Below, in pieces: positions 37,801-49,800 of a stretch of DNA of 64,000 nt (positions are counted from its first letter, which is position 1; every line of letters begins with the position of its first letter). The stretch is from Phoronis australis (taxonomy: Eukaryota; Animalia; Phoronida). The position numbers and the translations under genes are program-made. Under the pieces are notes generated by a model, which did not search any database, had not been told where the DNA came from, and saw nothing but the letters and a program-made list of their open reading frames with translations. The DNA is taken from positions 248,001 through 312,000 of the forward strand of contig NMRA01000335.1 in assembly GCA_002633005.1 (NCBI GenBank), given 5' to 3'.

Positions 37801-40800
37801 GAGCACTTAGTCTGGTTTCCTTTGTCATGCACTGTACGCCCAAACTAGCGTGTATTGCACATATCTTATTCATACCGAGCACCAGCTGTCCACTTTCCTA
37901 ATTTAGGTTGCTTAGATATGAGCTACCTCGTGTGCCCAGCGTACACAGTCGAGTTGATTTTCAGTTCTCGCGAGAGAGACATCGTAATTGCTAGACCACA
38001 TCATCATGTGATAAGATGCATGTCAGGCTGACTGCATCGACTACTTTTGCAAGTGTGCTTTACAGCTAAATTACTGCAGTTTGTTCAAAACTCTTCTATC
38101 GACAATACTTCATTGACAAATTTCACAGGAAGACAGAGACACTAATAACAGACTGGTCATGGTTTGGGGAACTTTCAAATAAAAAATATCTGCAGCCCGT
38201 TTTTATCGTAAGTCCGGTCTTAAGTACGGCAGTCATAACTGGCGTTCATTTGCACACAGTTCCTTTACATCCTTGTGCATACCACATCTATTTGAACATG
38301 AACAATTATTAGTTCAGCATCAGTGGCAATGGATTCAAAAAGAAGAATTATCATTAAAAACATCTAACGGTTTGCCAACGACTTTCACCAAACTGCCTTC
38401 ATGAATTTGAACACAATTTGGGATAACGAGACTAATAATATGCAATTCATACCCAGCGACCTACAGTAATTCCTCTACTTGAAATATCACTGCCCACAGA
38501 CAACCCTCCACACATCTCAGTTGTGCAATGTCAATAGTATTTGAATACACAAATTTTTAATTGATTTAAAAAGTAGTAACTTATAATTAATCCAAGCATG
38601 ACCAATCGTGCAAAAACTTACATATCATTGGCATAATAGTCATCCGTGTGCGACCCAACAAAGGCACCAACCAGAACTGCTGGAAGAACTGCAAATACCA
38701 ATACAGTAAACAGTTTAATTTTTGTCTGCATTTTTCACTCCAAACAAGGAGAGTTCCTTTCCAAAATGGTTAAACCAAAACGGAGTATTTTGAAGGCTGG
38801 TTATTTGTAGTATGCACCCCACACCAATGACTTGATCGACTTTTTGTGATGCATTACGGTGACAAACATCTACAAGTTTGACAAACATATTTTCAGGGGT
38901 GTATCTACCTCAGGAAACAGTTCGGCCTAATGTGTTGAGAGTCAGACTCCTGATCTCAACGTCATAGGTTAGAATCCCACAGGACCTCACTGCTAGACCC
39001 ATGAGTTAGGTATAGCTCCTGACAGCACGGTCTCAATTTGTGTATACGTGTGGAGAAATTCCTTTCAGGCCGAGTGGCCTGCACGTGTCTAATGCAACTT
39101 GTATCAGACCACCTGCACTATTTTTCACCACGTGTCGATGAAAAAACATGAAAAAAAAACGTTACGGGCAAATGGACCTATCTGCTGTGATGAACTGCAA
39201 AATGTAGGTCAGACGTTGACGTACCCCATCCCAGGATGTAGAATCTGTACATAGACGTGCTGCCCGTATCCTGGCCATGTGAATGAGCCGTGTACGTAAT
39301 GACAATGTAGAGGTTGAACGCCTCGTTCATCAACCACATGAACTGAGCAAGGAAGAAGTAGTGAAACATGACGGAAAACACGTGACACACGAGCTGTAAG
39401 GGAAGACGGCAGCTTTAAACATCAACGTTTGATAATTAAAACATTCATTTCCTTAGATCAAAGGCAAAAAAGTTATCATAATATTATCTCCACAAGTAGC
39501 ATTAACGTACAGTTCAGATTACAAATAATTTGTCAAGCGAGCAGCAACAAGGCAATGGTCAGATGTCTAGAAGACAAGGGGAGGCCAGCCACCCAGCAAA
39601 GAGGACCATTCTTCAGTTGTCCCCATACACCCTGTCATTGGCTCTAAATAGTTGTAAACGGAAATGAACCATGAATTAGAAATTGCCAATTACACACTGG
39701 AAAATTCAACGAAATAAATTTTAAATTAAAATTAAATTACTACTTATCTCTACACCTCGTGTGCTTGTAGGCGAAGATTTTGTGCTCGTAGGAACTCGAT
39801 ACAAGCCAAAACTACACTTGTCAAAAATATTTCTTTTCAGGATCAAATCCTGCCCATGACTGTACCATAGCTGGTGAGGCATTATAGATAAAGCGAATAG
39901 GTTGAGTGTAATCAAAGCAGTCTCTCCGACAGTTGAACTCAACTTAAAAATATCTATCCTAAGGCACAGTTTCAAGAACTCACTCCAGAAGTTCAAACTT
40001 ATCGTTAAAAAGGTACCGTTATAAATTGCATGCAGACATGTGCCAGAATTGTACCAAAACTGTAAATACAATACCTGATGTTGAATCTGATTAATACCGA
40101 ACATGAAGGATAGGTGGCAGCACAAGAGAGCCAATGAAAAATGTTTATGAATGGCAGCAGTTGTCGATGAGGTTCTAAAAGATAAACAAAAACCAGTGCC
40201 AACTTTACCATTGTAAATTATTTACTGAAAAAGGTGAATAGCAATAGCAAAAGGGGACTGGCAGCAATCAGAACACGGGGAACGTATCGCAGAATAAACC
40301 TAAGAGACGAAGAGATGAAAGAATAGACCAAGTAATTGATAACTACATCAATTAAACGTTTAAGTATTGGGTGTCCGTGTCGCTATTATACCAAAGACAA
40401 GGGTACGGGCTTAAGAGAAAGTAAAGTTTATAAAATACTGCTTTAGCTATGCACTGGTTTGTCAGATAATTTCTAAATGTTAACAAACTTGCAGAACATA
40501 TACTACATCCACTCATTCATTACATTAGTCTGTAAATGAAGTTCTGTGTTTGAACAGAACAAGAAGGAGCTCTGACTCTAGCACTTTTTGCAGCCTTCTT
40601 CACTCCAGATATCACACATATGAACAAAACAAAAAACATAGTTACACAGAAACAATCTAGAACACAAATGACTACCAAATTAACATAAAACCTATTTATA
40701 TATGTCTGTTTTCTGGCTTAAACCTCATGTAATTATTATAAATAATAAAACACAACACTCGGCACAAAGGGATTATGAACAATTTTTTAAACAAAGCAGT

Positions 40801-43800
40801 CAATCATAAATCCATAAATTCAATTGCCAATGAGGCATTGGTTCATGGTGTCAGCAATATGAGAGGTCGTGCTTTTGCAGACTGGAAACCGAACTAGTAA
40901 CAATCAAGCTACAATTAATGCTTCAACCAGGCTTGGCAATTCAGAACTCATAGAGGGTAATACAATTACAATTATCTTCCAGCCAGGACCATAACCCTTT
41001 ATTTAGCTAGGTTTACTTAGTACACAGGCAAACTGGGACAGCAGGTTTCACAAAGAACTACATTCACTGGCCTAGTGCGAATGAGTGACACCCAAAATTC
41101 TAAACCACTATCGAACTAGTTACCCTTCCCAAGCCAAAAATGTCAATTGTATGATTGGCAGAGACATGTTCCAACAAAACCCCCTCCCCAGTTATCTAAT
41201 TTTTAGAAAATCTACAAGAGCCCAAACCACTTGTCTACTAGTTAAAGTGGCAACAAATCAACGATATTATTTACCTGAGATAGAGCAGCATCACTAGAGT
41301 GATGAGACAGAGGAGAGCCGAGATGGCACACCCAATGTATGAGGGGATGGTCATCAGATCGTGGGGCTTTTCACCTTTGTCCCACTGAAATAGAACGAGG
41401 GGATCCCCGGCCGTCATCTCACTTACGTTGATATTAACAAGAGTCCAAAAGTGTTCATCAGCTTTCTACATATCCATAATAGAAGGTGATATCGAACACA
41501 AGCAAGCTAATGAATCTCACCATTAAGACTTTCGACTGCCAAGGACGGCTGACTTCCTCAGAATATTCAGTTGCATAGACTGCCGCTTAGGAGGTACACT
41601 TGTTAGGACTACGAGGTACATATGTTAGGAGGTACACTAACAGCCAAGACTGTATATACAGGACAATTCCAGATCTCATCTCTGTTTATAGGGGGAGTAT
41701 GATGCCCGATGTTGATAGCTTCCATGATCTTTCTAGGAATGTACCTGTTCTCAGTGTCTAAAATGCTAACTGGCTCCCAGTCAAGAACAATATGACCGTG
41801 TTCTTGAGCTTGCTGATCAAATAAGGCTGAAGACATTTCCTACACTCATCAGGCGTCATACCCCATCTATCAACAGAGACGGAGGTCGGGAATTGCCCTG
41901 CATATACAACCCCCGAGTATGTATTTATTGGCCACTAGCACTCCTCCTAGCGGTACTGTGCGCAACTTATCATTTTGAGGAAGACAGCCGTCTATGATAG
42001 ATAAAAGTCTCAAATTTAGAATGACATAAAATGCTATGGTCATTTTTATTTTCAAATCCTACGGATAGCGGAAAATTGCCTTCTTCACATTTTTCACAGC
42101 AGATGAATAGAACTTTCAGTTACCAGGTGACGATCATGCACTTCTCCTCATTCAAAATTCTAAGCAAAAGCTCAATGAAGCAACTCCATAAAAAGATCCA
42201 ATTCACATGACCACCGACTGTCGCATTTTCATTGAAGTTATTTGAATTTACACAAGGCCATCTATCAGTTAATATACACAACCTGGCTGCAATTAACAGT
42301 AAAAGATTTTTAAGCACCACTGCAACCACGCCACTGAACATAGATGCAAGCTAATTGACACCGACACCAATCAAGTTAGAATAATTATAAAACTTGTATG
42401 TTGACATCACACATCTAACACTAGACATCAATCTACTTACATTGACATCATACATGTCAGTCGTGACGGCGTACAAGCCTGGTGAGAAGAACTCACAGCG
42501 CGCGTGGACAGGACTGGTCTCATTCAGTGAATCCTTGACTGACTCCCATTTCCACAGATGTGTTCTGTAAAAGATGATGCCAGCTCAGACTGAGAACCTT
42601 GTCATGTAATACGGAGATGTAATATACTACAGAAAGTGTGTGGTCAGAAAAAGCAAGTGCCACTTGGGCAAGAATGGATAACAGGACACAACTAATGCGA
42701 AAATTTCACCATCGGTGTTTTGATTAAATCGCCAATTTTTTCACCATCAGGTACTGTAACAGTGTTTTTAATTTAGTGCAATACATAATAAATAAAAAAT
42801 TTTAAGGATAAAGTGTGTGACTTTAATTCACTAAAGCTACCACTGTTAATTGGAATAAAGTCCTTAGTACACAGTCAATGATTTACGTACCTAGTTAACG
42901 TTTTCGGCCTTCACTTTGAGGCCTTTCTCAAACCAATAACTTAAAAGGCTGGGATTTGTGACATTATCCTGCGTGGGGACATCTGACGACACACGTCCCA
43001 GCCCCTCACATCATCATTAGTTTGAGAAAGGTCTCAGAGTGAAGGCCAAAAACATTAACTAGGTGCGTAAATCGTTGACTGTGTACTAAAAACTTTATTC
43101 CAATTATGATATATCCAATCAAATGAATCTGTTTCAAGCTACCAATGTTCTTGATGGTAAATTTGCTTTATTCCGCTCAACCTTCCATTAACTTCTAAAA
43201 TTATAGCCGAAGAGTGAACGTTAGAGTTAGAATATTCAGTTGTTGCTCACCAGTGACAACTTCTAAGCAACAAGATCTGCCATCACATGCACAGCGCTAC
43301 CTATCTGGAAGGTGAACACACCTGGCCCACTTATATTTACCCAACAATAATGCAGCTACAGTTGTCCACACCACATACTTAGAAGAATGGCCAATTGTGT
43401 GACTCATTTACACAAGACTAATGCGCGTGACCCATTTACACAAGACTAATGTGCTTGACCCATTTACACAACACTAATGCGCTTGCAGTCTACACAACCC
43501 ACCTGTTACCGTGCTGTAACTTGACACACTCTGGGTTAGAGATGTTGAATGTCTACAAGAATACCAAGTGTTACACAGCTGTACTCAATCACAAGACAAT
43601 GAACAGGGGAGGAGAATGTTTTTTAACACGTAAGTCTCTGTGGGCAATACACAACTATTACCTAATCAACAACCCGAGTTCGATTCTTGGGTTTGAAATG
43701 ACATATAGTCCGACTCATTAAATTAGGGACTGTGAATCATCTCTCGTCCAAAAAGCAAGATCATGCAAGACTACACAAACTCACACAAGTGAAAGGCCAC

Positions 43801-46800
43801 TCTAATTTTTCTTACTAACAGCCTAGTAAAATGGTAGCCACTGAAGTGGTTTGTCAGTGATGTTGGAATCTTGAAACACAGGATAGAATTCATACGGGAG
43901 AATTCAGTTTCCATTCCATAAGCGAAGACTTCTGACCACACACACTTGGCTAACGTCTCGCGTCTAGGCCGCCGCACAGCTCGGGCATACTTAGAACTGC
44001 CAGGCAACTTAAGTTCAATGCTGTGGCTTCAATAGTATATGTTCAAAGTAGCATATGCTCAATTTCATGAATTAATGTCTCAAACAACAACATTACAGGA
44101 GTTCCTTACACTAGTAAAGTTGAATAGCACAGCAACTGGCTCCAACAAGTCTGTAACAGTGTGTCCGTCAATGTGAACATAGACTCCGAACAAGACCGAG
44201 TTAACATTGTCTTCCTGGCTGGCTCTGTATGGGGAAGATATTTATAAATATTCATCCACGGAATCTGCAGTTATTGGTAGAAAACTTCAGAATCAAGCAT
44301 CCACAACATAAATTTCATCATGCCACTGTATTCAGTATGAACTTTCAAAAACAACTGGGCCATGTGTTCGACTCTTTTCCAGCAAAATTGAATGGACCAT
44401 CCTTTTACAGTGGTATTAAATTCATGCTTTTTGTCAAATAAAACAAGGTTTGATTTAGGTCACTTGTTGGTAGTCTTAAATTGCTCCTTTGTCAAGGAAG
44501 GCGGGTTTATTGAGTTTGGAAAGAACTGACAGTTCGTTACTTTCTCACACAGCATTTGAGGTCACAGCATTACCTGACATTTTGTGAGCTTGGTCAGAAG
44601 AGGTATAACCAACGGTCAGATCTTTAACCGAGCTCAGAGATCACTTCTAAACTGAGTAAGAAAGAAAATAAGACCAATTTCATAACAGTATGAGGCCTAA
44701 ATCAAAGCTCTTTTTTGACAAAAGCACAAGTTTAATGCCACTTTTATTAAGAGTCTTAACATGATCTTGATAATACAGAAAAGATGTTTACAGTCTGGTG
44801 TAATTTTATACTGAAAATAAAAGAATCTATTGCTGTTAGGTTAATGTTTCACTTTTGTGCAAGAAAGTGACAGAAACAAATGCCAAATAAAACATGAAAA
44901 AATAACTTGAATAAACTTGTACATATGAATGACAAGACCACACTCTAAGTCATAATTATACATAGCAACCAAAGGTCACTTACGTATCTACATTGTGATT
45001 GGGCAGCTTGAGAGTGAAGCCAGAGTACCGGACAGTAGAAATGCCGATGTAATCCTCGTCCGTTATATTATGTCGGCCAATCTGCTCATTTAGGGCATTC
45101 TTTGGTAATATCGCGTACCCATAGATGTCAGTCATGTTGACTGTCCTCGCATCCTTTTTCGACGGGAATGCATCGCCTCGATCAACAAAGTCTTTCACTT
45201 TCACCAGCCTCACTTTGACCACTAAAATTTCAAATACGTTGAATCCTGATGATTAACATTACATTATGATCCATCATTAGAGGACTTAACACTCTCAAGG
45301 TGGCGCTGTTAATAAACACCGCCCTCTATTGGAGATCTGAGAACTTAAGAGAAACTTAGATGTTTACTATGAATGAACATGGATACATCTGTGAGGTAAG
45401 GATCTCTAAATATATACTTACTATAAATGAATGAGGGAGGTTGATATGTGTAGTGCAAGCAGAACGTTTCAGACAATCAAAAAACAAGTGGCAAAAGGTG
45501 TTTACCTAACTATGTACAGTTTATTTTCAAAATAGACTGAACAGACTTTGACAGAACAGCCACTCTGCCAGACTACCGGTATGTCTAACTATGCAGAACT
45601 CCTTGACAGAATTATTTGCCAGTTTGGTTAAACGTTTATCATTGACAATAAAATATCAATATTGTTGAAATTTAATTAGAGTCTAACGGACCTTATTGCG
45701 CCTAACCAACAATTGTTTATTTGTGAGTGGTCTTGCTGTGAGTTGTTGCCATTTCAACAAAGTGCATAGAGCAACGGATATTACTGACATTTAGGCAACA
45801 TTGACAAGGATTTTAGACAAAAGGAAACGGAGTTGTCATTTTGTGCATTGAAATTTTGTCTAATTTCAATGATGTCCAGTTTATTATGAAAACTAATAGA
45901 CTGTTTTGGTCCAGTATAGTAAGCACAAAGTTGATGCAGGGGTTCGTATTTTCAATACCTCTGGCAGTTTTTCACCCCACTGAAACTGTTATCAACTTTA
46001 TGCAGAGATACACAGATAAGATGGAGCTGATGATCCAGACAGGCATGTTGGCATTTTGTGACAATTAACCCTCGAGAGTTGAGAGCTGCAATCTATGGTT
46101 AACATGACTGCCTGTTGCTCCCACGACCAGAGTTAACCTGTTTTGGATTTAATAATTTGAGAATATCACCCAGTCTGGATAGCAACATTGGTGGCTGTAT
46201 CTCCCATTTCCTGTACGATAACTAAAGCCCCGTTTACACATTCCAATTAACTGTATCAATTTGGATATGACCGTCACTTTTAACTATATGGGGTACACAG
46301 ACAGGTCTTCCAACTGGAGATTTCAAGCTAGCAAGTCATGCGATTTTGTCAGTTGTAACAGAGCATTTTAATTTTCCTCCGACTTATAAAAAGTCTGATA
46401 ACCAGACCACTGTCGGCACAAAATATTTATAAGAAGTCCCATATGCCAATCCAATAGTGCAGACAGAGTTTAATAGCATGACTATCCATACTGACAACAT
46501 TCAGTCGGTTGAAGTATACCGATGAGCACTCCAGCACTAACTTAGTAATGAGCACATGCATTCAACAAATGACACCTTCAACAACTATTTCTTAATAACC
46601 TGAATTGTTAAGGTGCTTCCTGAATTCAGCCTGGTTCCCAGCAAGTTGTCGGGTATCCTTCACATGGAACAAGAGGGACTTGTATGTGACCCTTGACCCC
46701 TTCTCCATGACCTTGATGAACTCATCACCTTCCTCCCCGGGGGGTTTAGTGCGGTTCCACCCAACCTCCTGACCTTTGTCAATTAGCATGTCCAGTGCTT

Positions 46801-49800
46801 CAAAATAGAGCTGAAAACATATTCACAGTGAGTGTAATCGTTCTCTGCCAGTACATTTCATGACAGAATTAAAAGCCTTCGACACAATCAAATGTCAAGT
46901 GAAAAGTATCCAGTCATAATTAGTTTTGGCATAATTAATTCTAAACTATGGCACAAACTATTTTATGATACCCTCATTTCCAGTATTATTGATACTCTAA
47001 GAGAAAAGCCATTTACCATTAGCCCACCACTTAGTTTACTCCTATTTCAATCCTTGCACAGCAATGTAAACTTCTCGTTTTACTATTACAGCAAACTCAC
47101 AGACAGGCAATGTAAACTTCTAGTTTTACTATTTACAACAATCTCACAGACAGGCAATTCTAGCTTAAAAGCATAACTACTACAATAGTCTATATAGAGG
47201 AACAGTGATTACCATGGCAACCATTACCTTAGAGAATTTGTTGACATCTTCATTGGTCGGAGACAGTTGGTTGTAGTTGAAGTTCTTAAGATTCTGCTTG
47301 CCGTGAGATATGAGTGATGAGATACGCGGATCACTGACAAGGGAGTCCTGGGTAAATGAGAGAGGTGGTAATTACAACTCTGTATCCATGGGGTCTGTAC
47401 GACATAAACTGCTTCTGTGGTGTACTTTACATTGGCATGATCAGGAAAGTCAGTTTTAATGTTCTAAAACTTTATTACTAAGCAGCTATCATTTTCCTCA
47501 ACATATAAAACATCCAGGCAGTGCTTCAAATTTACAGCAACTTTTAAACCCACCTTCCGTCAAAGAAGCTAACTTTCGATGTAGACCACAAACCTCTATA
47601 AAACCGGTCTCAGGTTTTTGTGAGCTCAAACAAGAAATGTTTCTGAGGTTAGAAAGAGCTCGGCATACAGACAATTATTGCTAGAGATCATCCTCAACAC
47701 ATAAAATAACCCACAACGACACGACACTTACTAAGTCTTACTATAGTTAACTCCCAGTCCTTCCCTAGCCCCCAAATCATGTCTCATCTGAGACAGGAAC
47801 TGTTTGAGACCAGTTTCACATTCAACTGTCTAAGACAACAGTTAAGTTTAGAAGCAAGTCAGATTTATTCCCCATTAATTTCAGTCTCAAAGCGTAAAAT
47901 GCTATTATTATGCCTGCCATTCATAAAGTAAAGTAACGTAACGTGTTGTACTCCAGTTTCATACTTCTTATTCCAGTTGACTACCACAACAAACATACCG
48001 ATCACTTCAGCATCAAACATCGTCTGCCATTTTACATTTCAAACACTTCAATCAATGTTAACAATTTTAAGGTTTTAAATTAGCAAAAGAGTATATTTTC
48101 TGAAAGCAGAAATTCCACAGAATTTGACTTTTGAAATTATACCAATCTGCCACTGAATTTGCTTTTTAGGAAATTTAACAAAAAAGGGTAAAAGCAACAG
48201 AATCAATAATATGACTACTCTTTGTATGACATCAGTGCTCAAGATAACATCAGTTTTCTTAATCATAATTTTGTTTTCGTTCTATGCAGTTTTGAGCTTT
48301 TTTCATAAAAAACATATATAGTTGGCTCTATTTCTTGGTAGACCCTCATGCAAAAGTGGAACATTTTAAAAGCAATACAGCCTTGTGGACAACAGTGTAT
48401 AAAGTACATTTTCCCTGAAAGTTTAATGTGAAACTGATCAGTCATTCAAGAGATACAATGTTCCAAACTTGACCAAAATTGGACATTTTTCTAGGATCCT
48501 ACACATCAAAGAACCATCAGAGTTTTAAAAGCTGACTTCAAGTTCGAAGTACGAATGTGTCAAGTTTCTAGAATTTAATCATGCAACTGCTCATAAGTTA
48601 AATCACAAACTTGACTATTGTAAGAAATAGAATTAAATAATATTATAATAAAATTCAGCCTAGCAGGAGACAATTCCAGTGATCGCAATCGCAAAGAGAT
48701 TACCTGCGCATCAATGATCATTCCCAAACAATCAATGACTGTAGACAAATCCATGGGATTGGTGAAATTCCGGTGTGATGTCATTTCATGGATCTTCTCC
48801 AAGAATGTCATTGGTAGTCCTGTGTTAGTCGTCTCAAACTTCCCTGGCTTCAACTCATCCTCCATCTGAAAGGAGAAATCATTTCCACTGTTGGAGCGTA
48901 GAGTATCCAACAAATTCACTCGTGCTGTCCCACCCATGATAAGTAAATGTCTACAAAATTACACACAAGCATCAAGCTATTAGCTCAAAAGGTATCTTCA
49001 ATGGATTGCACTATAAAAACTTCTCGTTTGGTTTCAACTGCAGACAACACTAATGAGACAATTGCTCTGTTCAACCCAATAGGACCTTAAATCAAAGACT
49101 TCCTGGTATGCAGGCCTCTTGACTACTGTGGGACTTGTACAAATCTATTGAAGAAAAACGATTTAGTGAAATGAGATGCACTTCTGATGGTCGTGAACAC
49201 AAAACAGCAAAGAAATAGTAACAACAGTTGCAGTAACAAGTCAAGAAGTATCAGACATTATATTATTTATAACTGGGAAATGAACTATACACACAGCCAC
49301 TTAGTGATTGAAATAGAATATACCTGTATTTTAATCTTCCTCAGTGAAGAAGATATACAGTCGTCAAATTCAGGCTTTGCCCAAACTCCACTGTACTGTT
49401 TTTTGTGACAAGATCTGTGCGCTGTAGCTACAATAATCACAATGGAGGGGATACATCACATAATATTTGTACTGTCTAGTTGAACATTACATGCATCAAT
49501 CCCTCAAAAGGGTTATTTTATTCTTTATTTTTCTATAAAAGGTAAGTAGTACCAAGTAAATGGTACCATTTTAATCTCTATACCACAGCTACCATCAGAC
49601 AATGTTTAGAGGAATTCTGGGTATAATCAGAACAATATTGGAAGCCTCAAATAAACAAAAAGATGGCTTTGTTCAAGATTGAAGAACTTTTACAGTACCA
49701 CAAATTAAATCGTGATAAAATAGTAAACCTTAAAGCAATTGCAAAAGTATAAATGACAATTAACAATGAAAAACATCCCGACAAGATTTAATGGAGCAAA

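Noticed and set aside
41826-41856. Minus-strand CTGATGA-GTGTAG-GAAA
   Set aside because: No stem II pairing; it sits at the edge of the Penelope coding remnant.
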